DNA of 61,100 nt, filler included, from Catajapyx aquilonaris (taxonomy: Eukaryota), in NCBI GenBank assembly GCA_000934665.2. It is 2 parts of 2 records of this genome, joined end to end, with 100 filler letters (N's around TTAATTAATTAA, not from the genome) between each part and the next. Parts side by side here need not be neighbours in the genome. Positions count along the whole stretch, not along the records: positions 1 to 30,677 come from KZ539187.1; 1 more part is not named here. The stretch is one strand, 5' to 3'. The position numbers and the translations under genes are program-made. Position 1 is the first letter of the stretch, and the number at the start of each line of letters is the position of its first letter. Shown here piece after piece: positions 1 through 12,727 of this stretch. The notes under the pieces are model-generated. The model searched no databases, was not told the DNA's origin, and saw only the letters and a list, made by a program, of their open reading frames with translations.

Positions 1-107
1 CCCTGACATTGGGAGCATGGCCAAGACTTATTCCCTCCCAACCGCCCCCCTGCCTTTCACCACCTTCAACCTACAACAATAGGCAAGAATGATAGGACGG
101 AGTGCAA

Positions 108-185
108 TCCCAAGTGGTCGAGTGGTTAAGACACCTGGATTTTTTGGGATCCTAGGAGACCCGGGTTCGAGTCCCGGCTTGGGAC
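108..185 (+). pseudogene. tRNA-like cloverleaf on a tRNA-Glu-type scaffold with a 13-nt anticodon loop (pseudo-tRNA or SINE-head-like)
   Basis: Acceptor stem TCCCAAG(108-114)/CTTGGGA(178-184) pairs fully. D arm GTC-GAGTGGTTAA-GAC contains an A box. Anticodon stem is CCTGG/CTAGG, variable loop AGAC, and T arm CCGGG-TTCGAGT-CCCGG has a canonical B box. The loop ATTTTTTGGGATC is non-canonical. Confidence 0.65.
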
Positions 186-1288
186 GCTCCAGTACCCATT
201 CCACAGCCAGATCCATGCCCTGGTCCCCTCCATGGTCCCCTCCTGATGATGGCCACCTGCAAAGGTCAGGGCAGTAGCAAGGGGCCAAAGTGCGGGCCCC
301 GGTAAGTCGAGACAGAGTCAACGCCCCTGGTTTGACGCCACCTGAAACCGAAGCTTCCAAACGGGTTCTACACCCCCGAAGACCTGCAGTGTCGATTGGG
401 TGTCGCAAGAGGAGAAGCCCCTGGAAATGTAGTCAAATCAAAAAGGTTGGGTAACCTAGCACCACGGGCGTTTCCAGGGAGCGGGGGGGACCCAGCAAAG
501 TCGACGGGTTCAAAAGCCCCGTCCCCCACTTTCAGGTTTTGCCTTCATTTGTTTTTTTAGGTCTTCACTTCCACGGGAAGCTTGCACAACACGCTAATGC
601 ATATTAGGGGGGGNGGGGGGGGATGTTGCTTAAGAAATACCGGGGTCAGATCCTCCCGATATATAGGCCAGAGTTCGTGTAGCAGGTAGAAAGTCACTGA
701 GGCAGACAACATCAACGACGTGAATTGTGGATGAAAATGAAAGTGGTCGTGTATACAATGTACTGTTTGGGTAATGGTACAAATGATGTTGGCAGTATAT
801 GGTACTTTAATTGCTGTTTTTGAGTGTAGCTTCCGTTCGGGTGGGGGGAAGTAGGTGACATAAATACTTTGAAAGTTCCTCTTCGGGAAAAGGTTCGTAA
901 TCGGCAACTTTCGGCTATATCCAGAGTTTTTATAGGTGGCTGAACCGCTGCTATTAACTGCATATAAAGAACATCCCGTTTTGTGCAAAGGACATTTCGC
1001 AGCAATTCATGGCAACAAGATTTAAGCCGTAAGTATAGATAACTTCAGTTCATACCAGCGGTCAGTTCGGAATTTTTCTGGCGTACCCACGACACGGAAT
1101 CCGTTGGTCGGCGGACACGACCAAATTCAGGGGACCTAACACCTGCGTGTTACCACCCCGGACAAGGGCCCGGGGGGAAGTGCAGCCGTGTGCAGACTTC
1201 ACCTCCGACCAAGTTCGCGGAAATCAATAAGACACGTCCGACAAACCGGGGTGGGCCTCGCTTGCAGAGGACCATTTGCTTACTCGAT

Positions 1289-1292
<4 letters not shown>

Positions 1293-1323
<31 letters not shown>
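1293..1323. repeat. (TC)n microsatellite
   Basis: Direct dinucleotide run. Confidence 0.95.
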
Positions 1324-1326
<3 letters not shown>

Positions 1327-4300
1327 ACTGACTGCACGGATGCAATGACCAGGGGGGTGGTTGACCCGTCCGAGTCAGGTGCGACCCGGCCGGGCAGCGG
1401 CGCCCTTTTCTGACCCCGGCCTGTTACTTTTGGCAGGACGACACTTCCAACTCGGGGGCTGCCAGCGCTGAATTTTTACCCGGTACCTATTTATAGAGTA
1501 ACGATCATTCACTCGATTGCGGCTGGGAGTCCGTTAAAAAAATACGAGGGTGGTGGGTGGTATATCCGTGACGCACTTTTGCAATCATCGATAAGCGCCA
1601 ATTGCTGGGGGAGGTTACCTTTGGACCTAGGGGAGGTTGGCTTCAGGTTCGAGTTTTATGAACCGGATCCAGCCCTAGTGATAAAAATATAATTTGAAAC
1701 GGGGCGCAAGTTAAAACCAATTTGGCGGTATTTCATTGAGTAGAGGCGGCCGGTCATTGTTTCGCACGCTTGCTGGCAGCAGCATCCGCTCTTTTATGTC
1801 CTTGTACTTTTGACCCCGCGCGATATTGGCGTTCGACGGGCATCTCGCAAGCCTTTCAGTGGCGAGTCGCACCGCACCAAGAATAGATTTTTATTTTCAT
1901 TTATTTTATTTTCTTTATTTTCTTTTTTTTTGCGTGCAAGACCCCCGCCTTGATGGAGCGAACCTGCAAAACAGCAGTCAGGAAGTTATAAAACAGTAAA
2001 TTAATACGCAGTTGAGTTGCCGGGCCGGGGATGACGTAACTACAGGGTGAATCTGGGTAGATATTCCGGTCATGCGGAAGTTTTTTGTTGTTATTGTTGG
2101 AAAGGTATAAATTCTGTTTGGTGTTTTTGGCCGGTTCACCCTGGCCTTGGCGTAAGAATGGCCTTTGGCCCTGGTCGTCGCACTGATGCAGCTGCGTTGT
2201 CTTGCGCCTTGCACTTTTAGGGGCCAGGCCTGCACTTTCAAGGCCACTGGCCCGTGCAACTGCACCACGTGCTGGGGGGCTCTGGTGGGCACTACTGTAC
2301 AGTACAGAGTGCTGCTTGAAACCTGTTTCGGGCTTTGAATTTTGATCGAGGGGGTACTGGTTTGGCGGCCAGGTCGGGGCTATATATACCCGGGGAGGTT
2401 TACAGGTACGCGAGAGTTCAAGGTCGGTCCCGAGCAGGTCCCGAGTTGACCCGACTCACACGTGCAGGAGGATGTGCGATAATGGCCGTTTTTATAAATC
2501 GGCTTCCCGCCGGTCTGCGCACTACAGATATATGATTCATGGTCTCCGGCCGTCATACCGATGGACTCATGACCCCTTGGAAGCGCCATACAGGAAGTAG
2601 GCAGGTCGTAAAGCCTCTGCTTATGCCAGTATTGGTTTACATCCTGGAGACCCCTGGGAGCGACCGGCAACCTGCGACACCGTCTTCGGCCGGGTTGAAG
2701 AGGGGATGATGACCGTAGCCTTTTGTGTGTCGCCCACGTGCTGGGGTGCGGTGACAGCCCGGTCCTCGGGCCCGAGGTATAGGGGAAGGCTGGCTGGGCT
2801 GGTGGCGTAATCGATGGGGACCGGCGGGGGGGCAGGCAGGGGAGGAGGCGGGATGGGCGCTGCCAGACAGTCTGCAGATAGCATGTCGGGCCGCCAGACA
2901 GACTACGCCCACGAGATAAATAAAACGGAGCCCGCCACAATTCTTGCCGATTTGCTAACACTGCCAGAATGCCACGTGCGTGCGTACGTCACGCTGGCCC
3001 CTGGCACGTCACGGTCCGTCACCCCGGTGGTTGCAGGTGCAGCGATGCACTTCACACATAAAAAAGGGCCGCCCGCATGTAGCCGGCTGCGTGGGATAAC
3101 GTTGATTTGGAACCGGCGACCCAGATCCTGTACAGTTTATTGCAGGCTGCGAGCTCACAGGCGAGCTTTGCCGATAACGGATTTACTATTTGTTTTCCGG
3201 TCACGACCTGTAATAGTGCCCCATTGTGCAGTACAGTAAAGCGGAAGCTGGGAGGGAGGAAGAGGAGGGGATTTACAGTGTCGCTGACGAAATTAATCAA
3301 GTGTTGAGGTGCGTATAACAGCATGTAGCCGCCACCATTTTATGAGCAATGGTTGGACTGTGCAATAATGCACGTGTGGATACAAAGTCAGGGATGGATT
3401 TTCACGGGCTGGTGCCACGAAGGTAGTGGGTTCATCCTGGGTGTTATGCAACCATTGAGCTTCTCTTGAGCGATGGGAAGTGGATGGGACAGGATCGAGA
3501 GTTTGAGGCAAACCTGCATGCATCGCACTTGTCGTGAAATCCCAAGGCGGAAATAAATGATTTTTGATATTTTTATGTACGGTTCTAGTGAAACGTCATG
3601 TTGGGGCGAACTTTGTACTGCGAGTTTTGCGCAGTAGACGAGAGAAGTCAAGGGAGCGGTCACTAATCGCATTATGATACCCGCTTTTTTAGCCTATTTC
3701 TTGGGGAATTTCGTCAATTAGTTAGGGATATCTGGGAGTAACTAGCGACACGGGAGTGGAAATAGACAGGGCGGAGTAGAATATAGGAGAAAAGTGTGAA
3801 GGAGAGGAAAAGGGCAAGACGAAGCCATGTCTACGCTGGCTAGTTGATTAGACCACGCATATGTAAGGTCTCGGGGAATATATACTCTTTTCGGGAGGGC
3901 TTTTTGTCTTCAGCCGCTTCTGACCATGTCTGGTCTGCACATCGCCGGATGCCCTGCCTAGTAGGTTGCTACATATTACATGCCGTGCTTTTGTGATACC
4001 TTTGTAATGTAAAGTAGGCGAGACAGGAGATTAGAATGAGCTGGTTGGTTCCTCACCTGCGCTGGTGAGATATTAGATTAGGGAATCGATGGGGTTTGTG
4101 CAGGTGTTTCATAGGGTGATGACGAGATAAGCTGGTAAAATCTGAATGTTATACATGCTGTGACAGGTTTGTGTACCCTCGTAAAACGGTGCGGGAGTCA
4201 TACACTTGACTAGTCATATGACATGTAACTGTATGTGCATTCGTCTCAATAGCTTGGGCTCAAGAGTGCCAAGTCCAACAGGTTTCCGGCTACTCAAGGT

Positions 4301-6237
4301 CACGTACGGGCCAAAGTGCGCCAACTTCCAAATGGATTCACTAGTTGTTGCTTTTGTCACTCGATATACCATGCTGGGGCCTGTAGTTTCATCCGAGATT
4401 TTTACGACCGTGATGGTGAGTTGCCGAGGTCAAAGTGCGGGTTTTTATTGACCAACGCCAGAGAACATAATGGGGATTTCTCATTGTGCTAGGTGGTGGC
4501 TGCGGGACACAGGCAGGTACGGCACCCAGTAACGAGGTTGCGTCACCGTCAGGGGCTGAATTCTGACCTTTCGAAGGAGCATGTCGAAGGTGACATGCGG
4601 TACGGGGATGGATTTAGTCCGGTGCACGTCAGGCACCGAATATTACAGGGCTTTGTGAAACGCCCAGCCCGCATTATGACAGACATTATAGGCACTTGGC
4701 AGGGAGTAACTTGAAGAATGGCTAACTGCAAAGAATGTCAAGGGCATTTCTTCTTTCAATTCCAAGTGGAATTTCTTGTGGGAGGAGCCCAAGGCTTGCT
4801 ACAAGGCGTGCATCTTTGTGCAGTCTGTCAATGTGGCTGCTTACTTTGCAGGTCACGGTTAAAATGCTCCCTCTTGGCAAAGTGGTAGATGGAAAGAGAG
4901 GATCAGCGAAATGGCAGTGCTTTCGGTTTCAGATCCGGATAAATACGGATGTCATAACCAACTGTATGGTGAGCGTCTGACAAGTGTTGCTGCTCTGTAC
5001 GCGAATAATAAAATCAAGCGAAATAATAGGGCGTCAAATTTGAACAACTATGTCTGTACTACACTCCAGCTGCCTACAATTTTACAGCTGTTATTCGGTT
5101 TTTGGCACAAAACAGAAACAAGCCCATCAAAATGTATCTGCGAATGCAGGCATGCCATGTATCTTGCAGTCAGTTGTCTATGAGTGGTGTAAGGTATTTC
5201 AGAAAGATATGAAAGTAGCCTGACAGACGTGCCTAGATCGGGCCAGTGGAATGGAGCTGTGACACCCTGAATTTTTTACAGCACTCGGAAGAAAAATAGC
5301 AAATCTTCATTGTGCCTTTTTCGCCAATACATTTAGATGTCTTTTGTGACTTCTGTGCACAAAGCAAAATGACTGCTCTTTTATCCTTCGTGGTGAATGT
5401 CTGAAAGGGCGCCGCCATTTTTTCATGGTTTCTGTCCGGCTCCTCCACCTATCGACAAACTGTCTGAAGTTATGAGTACTATACGAGTTCGCAACTGTCC
5501 CTGTCAAAGCGCATCCCAAACCACTGGTCTATGCATTTTTTATGGCACAATTCTCGTTTTCATTTCATCAAGCTATGTAGTACTGTCATGGTACTGTACA
5601 TCCCTTCCCCCTCCATCAGTTATGAAATCATCGTTATAGCCATACCGCAAAATATACATGTTGCATGCACCGAATTTGAACTTTACCATCACCTTCTGTC
5701 CCATCTGATTCCATCCCTTGTCAGGTACTTTAAAAAATGTACACCTGTTGATGCCAGAATTACATACCCTGACTCAGTTAAGCAAAGCAAGATTGACAGT
5801 TACTAATAAGGTTTACTAGTTGTCTAAAAGCCACTGAGAATTTTATATCAAAAGACACCATATCATCAAATTTGCCACAGAGGTCAGCTTCAGTTACAGT
5901 TGTATACAGTGTTACTTCTCCCAAGTTGAAAAGTTGCTCAGGTACTAAAAAGTGCCAAGAAATACTGATATCAGGAACTTGTTATTGTGCTATGAAGTCC
6001 ATTACTACCTAGCAGTAGCACTAATTTGGAAGTTGTTTTGCTGGTGAAATGCATGGAATGCAAAGCATGTCAGTGCGCAAAACAGGAATTCATTCTAAGC
6101 CCCAGTGACAAGAAGGCAAAGTCTACCAAGTTGTATTTATCTTGCTGCATACTCTTACAAGCATTGCTGTGTTGATGTCTTGTTATTTTATTTCATTGGA
6201 GGTGTCAGCAGTTATGGTGGTGGCGGCATGATTGCAG

Positions 6238-8152
6238 GCGGCGTACATGCCGGCAGCTATGGAGAGGCTCAGCCACGAGTTGGCGTTGCAGAGGGACCGG
6301 CAGGTACGGCTGCAGTCAGTGCAGACGGACCTGCAGTTAGACCTGCCACCACGCTTGCCTCTGCCGGATGGTGAGGAGGTGCCCTATGGAAGTGCCACCA
6401 AGATGCAGATTCGCGACAGCGACCAGGTATGTGATGCATCTCTTTTACACATGTAACTGCATATTTGTCTGGACAGTTGGTTACTGCATATTATGCATCT
6501 TAATGAGGGGAAATGAAATCACTGTGGCTAAACTGCTAAAATTATTAGATACCCAAGATTCTAGTTGGAAAACACATGATCACTTGCTAGACGGGTGCTC
6601 TGAAAATAATAAAGCCACCCTGGAAAAGTAATGAATAAGATGAAGTGCATGACTCAGCACTTAACATGGAGAGACTGTCAGAGTTTTCACACCTAGGTAT
6701 GAAGGACAAATATGATCACAGTGATGTCATTTATTTTTAATGTAGTCATCCTCTATACTTTTATTGGACACATCTACAGTTATAACACCTTGCAGAAATG
6801 TGTTCAAACCTTTAGAAATCTGAACAGAACTCACATGCATGGTTTAAAAAATTGCATTAAGTTGTGTCAGGGACACAAGCCACAGCTTTTACAGGCTCAA
6901 CCTTCATTATGTTTCACTTTTCTCGACTATAATGGCGGGGGCATGCAGGCGTGGATACGTCATTAAAATCAGATCGGGGCATGCAGGCAAACTCGAGCGT
7001 TACAGAAAAGCGTTACCCAGCTGCCCCCCCTGCATGCCCCCACCATGGGGCCCCTGGCAGGGCCCTGACTGTAACGCTTTTCTGTAATGCTCGAGTTTGC
7101 CTGCATGCCCCCTGATCCGATTTTAAAGACGTATCCATGTCAAAATAACATACTTCTTGGGATACCCAGTTGAACTTGTTGGCTTATGGAAGATGGTAGA
7201 GATATTTGTGTGCGAATGCGAATAATACTTTATGCATCTCGGTCATCTTATCTAGGTAGAAAACTTTTTGTACTCCCCTTGTGCCATTTTAGTTAGACAT
7301 TTTCTTGTTGATTTTTAACATAATGTTTCCTACTAACGGTCAATGTGATCCAAACAACCTCATGCTTGTGGAAAGTAAGATTTGATGGTATTTATTCAGG
7401 TAGGATTACTAACATTTCCTTTTCCACAGCAAAGTGAGATATACCGAGAATGTGTTCGTGCTCCGCCAAATCGAACGGTGTTCGATGGTGAACCCCCACC
7501 GCCCTACTGGTCATGTGGAGGTGATTCCACTGCGGTCGTCCGCTGCCACAATCTGGGCAGACTCAGTCCACGCAGCCAGCAATCTTCCAGATCGAGCAGG
7601 AATCTTCCTTGCCTGTCCGGAGCAGTTGGGAGTAAGCAGACTAAAACCAGTGGCGGCATTGTTTCTATTAGCAGCAACAATCATAACAATAACAACAGCA
7701 GCAGTGGTGGCAACAATAATTCAGTGCCAAACTTAGCAGCGGCACATGATCAGCAAGAGGCGGGTGTGTTCGTTTCTGTTGCATCATCATTGTCGCCATT
7801 TCCGTCGCCACCAAGCCCGCCCTCACCATCCAGTGCCACCAGCATATCCAGTCGGCCTAGTCAGCTGTCAGCCTTTTGTGCCAGTGACTCGAGCAGCACC
7901 AGCAGTGGATGCTTGGCCAGCCTCACTCTAGTGCCCTGCATGGACTCTTCCTCCTCTTCCTCCTCGTCCTCCCCTTCTTCCTCCACTGCACACTTTCCTC
8001 AATACCAGAACAGTCACCGCCATCACCGCCATAACTACAACCAGCAACAGCAGGCGCAAGATAATAATGCCGGTGGCATAAGCACCAGGGGTGGCACCAG
8101 TTCCAGCAGCCCCAGGTCCTCTTTGCCGCTTGCTGCCAACCCAAGTGTTTGA
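6238..8152 (+). CDS. PMEPA1: PMEPA1/TMEPAI-LDLRAD4 family protein, last two coding exons (6238-6426, 7430-8152); 5' exons including the TM helix not identified in the window
   Basis: Phase-0 splice (CAG|gtatgt ... tactaac branch ... ttccacag|CAA) gives [56 protein letters not shown]. This matches the vertebrate PMEPA1/LDLRAD4 core as I recall it (DLPPTISLSDGEEPPPY...[27 protein letters not shown]). A Ser/Asn/Gln low-complexity tail runs to TGA at 8150-8152. Confidence 0.85.
6952..7137. mobile_element. Foldback/MITE-like long inverted repeat in the PMEPA1-like intron
   Basis: Arm 6952-7016 is the near-perfect reverse complement of 7071-7137 (about 65 bp, a few mismatches and a small indel), with a 54-bp GC-rich spacer. 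Confidence 0.75.
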
Positions 8153-11100
8153 CCTCTTGTAGCAAGCCTAGTACTCTGGGCTGCCTTCAGTGCTTGCAAA
8201 AAAGCACTAAAAGACTAAAAAGCATGCGATACTAGCATTTCATTCCTAATGGAAACAACAATTGGCTGTTGCAATTAGGGTGACCTTGGGTCCAAGCTAT
8301 TTTTCTGACATGATCATGTATGTGCAGAATTGGCGTTACACTAGCAGCTGATGTGGTTGTTTTTTTTCCACTTGGCACTTGGTGTGACAATTGAGTTTTC
8401 AGCATGTGCCATTTAAAGTCTTGAAAGTGACGAACTTCAGCGATGCTGTCAGTGCAGCACCTTCAAACAAGTTGAAAGATGCAAAAAGGCGTAGGTGATG
8501 CTAAAATCCCAAGCAGGATTGCCGTTTGTTACTGCCACAACAGGGCTTGCAGTTCCCTGAGCCATGAAAGGATGACTATTTTTCTAGCAGTTGCTGTTGT
8601 TCCAAAGAGATCTCATGCTGAGCTGCCACTATTTAAATGGAACACCCTGTACAAAGGAAATCAGATCTGCAGACCAGTGGTATGAACTGTAACCGAAACT
8701 TGTTAAGACCATTGTAATATTCAGTAGTTGGTGTAACAAACTAGTGTAAGTGGTCACGTGAATTGTGATAAGTATTTTATCTTCTGAAAATCCATATTTA
8801 AATATATCATTTTAACTGGCAACTCATTATGTGTGAATGCCGACCAGGAAGTATGACAAGTCCATTTTGAAAACCTTTTGCCACATGGTTTTGTTTATCC
8901 CCAAAAAGAGCAAATGAATGTGACGTGCTGCACTTTGGACATTTGGACCAAGGCATGGAAGGGCAAATTTTGAAGGGGGGGATGAAAAGTGATTTATGTG
9001 ATCGTATAATGTGCCATGAAATTGTCTTGTCAGTCACTATTAGAGAAAGGCAAATGTGTGTATGATCACTCGGAAATGATTTGACTGATAGGCTTGGTTT
9101 GGTAGACTTTGATGATGAAGAATGGTTTGAGAAAAGCAGGAATTATCTCAGGTTGAAGCATGTAGGCTTTGTGCTAGGTGGAGAGTGGTAGTACTACTCA
9201 TATTATTATCAGCAGTGTTAGCAGGGACAGTCCTGAACATTTCAGGATAGGCTGCGGTAAATGTTGTGGGTGATAGGAAAACTACATCCTTGACTTGACC
9301 AGTCCACCAGTACCCTCCGACAAGACTTGATTGTAAACATCCCGCCACCTTGCAACGTATGTATAAGGAGAGCAAGGAGCAAGAACAAGCTAGGTGTGTC
9401 CAAAATGATATGGGCTGGAGAAAAGTGTGTGATGCCAACAAAATCCTGAACACAAATATGGGGATATGCAATGCATGTCAGATCCGAGCCACTCCACAAA
9501 ACAATCCCTTGCTTTCTGGTTTCTCCCATTTTGACAACCATGAACTACTGGCTTGCCTGTAACATTCAAACGAAATGTCTGGCATATCTCATGCCTGCTC
9601 ACAGCAGAAGTTGTATGAATGTGGAAGGTTATGGCTCTTCCAAGATATTCTATTGATGACTTGTGCACTGCCAGTTTGCAAGGGTCTCACAGTTTCATGG
9701 CCTGTTTGTGTGACCTTCGTGTTCAAAATGCATAGTTGAAGCAGATCTGACTTGGTCTGTGTGGTATACTGGACCCATACAATGCAGATTTCTATGCAAT
9801 GCCAATTGTTGTACTTCACTAGGGATGTGCACTGTGATCTATGTTGAGTAAAGGCAAAATGTGTTCAGTTGACTATGTGGGAGAAGGAAGGACGATGGAC
9901 AGTTCATGGACGTGGCGACTTATTGGTGATGCAGAGAGTGTCCAAAGCGCGAGGCCCATCCGTTGCCACGATGGAAAAAGATTAAACTTGGTGCCTGCAA
10001 TGTGAAGAGTGGCAGTGTTTGGTGAGAATGGAAGTGCATGCATGTGCGCAACATTTGACATGCTGCAAAGTACTAGTCGGCTCCAAAGCTGCAAGCCAAT
10101 GGGCGGTTTGCAGAAAATTCCACAAGCTTGCACTTCTGTTCTGCCCCAGACCATGCACTCAGTTGGAATGCACAAATTTACAGTGAGGAGTAGTGTGGTG
10201 ATGTCAAAAGAGCTGCATTGTGATTTGTGGGGGCCAATGGGACAGGGAGGGCTGGGAAGGGCTAGGGTGTGGGAAAAGGGGGGAGCTGCACCCAGGTGGG
10301 AGCTGCAAGTGCCACACACATTTGCCATGTAACAATGCCACCCATTAAAAAACAAATTATCTATGTGAACAAGTAGTGGACTTTTGTGCTGTCACATACT
10401 CCTAGGGCTGTGTTGCAGCTACTCCTCGAGCCTCCCCCCTTAATTCAGAAGCCCCCCCTCCTACAATCTTTCTTTTTTGAGGGGTGGGCTGGGAGGGAAG
10501 GGGGGTAGGTCTGAGGGAAGGGTTTTGCGTATGCCTCCTTCACCAGGTTGGCCACTTGTTGTTATTGTTGTCGTCATTGTTCCTGCCTGGTGGAGAAGAG
10601 GCCGCAAAAGTTGTGATAACCAGAGTAAAAGGTGACAGTTTGTGAATGATTCAAACTCGTGAGTTGTGGGGGAACGAGAATTTGTGTGTTCATTTTTCCT
10701 CTATTTTTTCCCATTTTTATTTCAATGAGGAGGTGAAGAAGAAGCACAGACTTATAAAGCACCTGCACCTTTTATGCATGCATGCCATAGTAGTAGGCCT
10801 ACATAATATACAGAGTAGTCACAATAAGCAATACATGCAAATGAGTCAATGTGTCTTGGTGTATGAGAGGTGAGACAGTGACACATTAGAGAGATTTCGT
10901 AGTTTCTGTGGTGTGCAGGTGTGTGTGAATGTTGAATGACAGTCAAGTCACTGTACTGTGTTCTAAAACCAATTATGTTACACTTCCTGTGGTGATGAGG
11001 CAAGTGTGCAACAAAGTTGAGAGCAGTGTACATGAAGATGGGGTGTGAAACTGTAAGTTACACATGCATATTGTAGCCATGAATGGACATGCCAATTAAA

Positions 11101-11607
11101 GGTACCATACCAAGTTTCGTTTCAAACTAGTTCTTTCCACTATGTATCCAAGACCTTGCAGGGATTCTGATGCTAATTAGATGCAAGAACCACTTTGATC
11201 GCAACCAGGTAAGAGGTAACCTAGTTTTAGGTTGGTGCAGTGAAACCTATACAATAAGTATGTACAGTATAGCAATGTCACTCGATCTGCAAGAATGACC
11301 TGTATGAACAGATTTACATTGTGCAGCAGAAACACACTGAATAACCTACATCAGAATTGCGAGGTTTCCCCTGTATGCAGGGTCTGTAATGACTGGCTTT
11401 ACTGCAATTTGAAGTGCATTCTTTTGCCACCTACTGCCCTCAGTGTTTAATCAGTTACATAATGCCAAGTAAATTGTAATTAATAAATATAGGATGCTTG
11501 TTGGTCAATCTTTGTCAATTTATGGAAGTTTCATACCATCCACAAAGCATCTCTACTAATACATTTACTTTGCACTGAATTTTGTTCAGAAGTTCACTTC
11601 ATCTGCT

Positions 11608-11633
11608 AATAAACTTAACATTCATGCAATAAA
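11608..11633 (+). terminator. Tandem AATAAA polyadenylation signals, candidate end of a ~3.5-kb PMEPA1-like 3' UTR
   Basis: AATAAA at 11608 and 11628 after a long TG-rich tract with no recognisable coding sequence. Assignment to this gene is inference. Confidence 0.45.
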
Positions 11634-12559
11634 GGTATTTAGCATAGTGAATGCCTTTCTACATGTGGAGTACTAAAGCTGTATGTGGGATGGAACGTTC
11701 CAGTCTCCAGTTCAAGTAGGATGTTCGAGAAAATGATATTCTGACTAGTGGTATCACCAAGAGCTGGTATCACCACTGACCTGTATTCCAACATTTAAGT
11801 TAGAATGACCTGTGTACGTAACTTTTCAGGGGACAAGCTGTTCAACAGTATTGCAGCGGTTCAAGGCTTGTGATATGCAAGCATTAGTAACGACTTCAGA
11901 GTTGGGCGACACTTTAGGAATAATGACACTTGTGTCAACTGAAGAGGTAGGGCATGTGGGCTTGGGTCAACTGTTTTGGAGTCGAGCAAGCAGTAGGGCG
12001 GTGGAGTTTGCTTTGGAGCCCTGCTCCAGACGGGATGTAGCATTTTCGCATGGTAAATAGCGCTGGGACAAAATAGCCGGTTACAGGTGCATGTGGCAAA
12101 AAGCGACTCCTATGAATATGGCTGTAATGTACGGTACATTACATTTAGAGTATTTTTCAGTATTTTTTATTCTGATAGTAGATTCCACCATGTTGCTCTT
12201 ACGCCTGTTGGTTCCACTGCCCGTAAGACAAGTATGCGGTTGCATACAGGCCAGGATGGCATCGGTCAGCACAGAGGGGTTGATTGATGACTGATGAGCA
12301 GGTCCATTCTCTATCATTGAATAGAGTGGAATATCCGACTGTGCTTCTAATAATATTACTATTTTCCACGTGAGAAAAAAACCGTCTCTCCGCCCGAGTG
12401 ATAGAATTGGGGACCTCAGAGGTGGAAGGCGGCTTTGGCCTACTGTATACCACTACTAAAAGCTACGATGTTGTCGTTCTCGAGTGCACTCCATAGGTGA
12501 ACACCTCCAAATCTGAGGTGTGGTAAAAAGGTAGCCTACAGATTGTTCATCGCCAACCC

Positions 12560-12572
12560 GTTTCCAAGCAAC
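12560..12572. promoter_or_regulatory. RFX X-box upstream of the LEXM-like gene
   Basis: GTTTCC-A-AGCAAC, 168 bp upstream of ATG 12728. Fits GTNNCC(N0-3)RGYAAC. Confidence 0.55.
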
Positions 12573-12727
12573 TTGACAAACTGTGTATTCCGACTCAAGT
12601 TTTATTCGAGTCGGTTGTATTAATATCACGCTGCGGAGATTTTACGTCTCCCAAAGAGATTTTAACTAATTTACCTTCTTGGAGTCCATTGAGGACGAGA
12701 ACATAGACCTCACAGTAGTTGCGCATC

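Noticed and set aside
240..295. CTGATGA followed by a GGCC...GGCC stem, suggesting a hammerhead ribozyme
   Set aside because: Stem II is followed by AAAG rather than GAAA, and I could not build convincing stems I and III.
28..5800. Many 60-190 aa ORFs in the GC-rich left end
   Set aside because: No recognisable domains or consistent exon chain. Best explained as intronic or intergenic DNA. The missing PMEPA1-like TM exon was not found.
8153..11600. ORFs and a G4-like tract (10481-10497) downstream of the PMEPA1-like stop
   Set aside because: ORFs are compositional products of TG-rich sequence. A single G4 motif is too common to call.
11800..12700. Possible spliced minus-strand gene divergent from the LEXM-like promoter (donor-like sites near 12674 and 12200)
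   Set aside because: The splice combinations I tried gave early stops or unrecognisable peptides. An antisense ncRNA cannot be supported from sequence alone.
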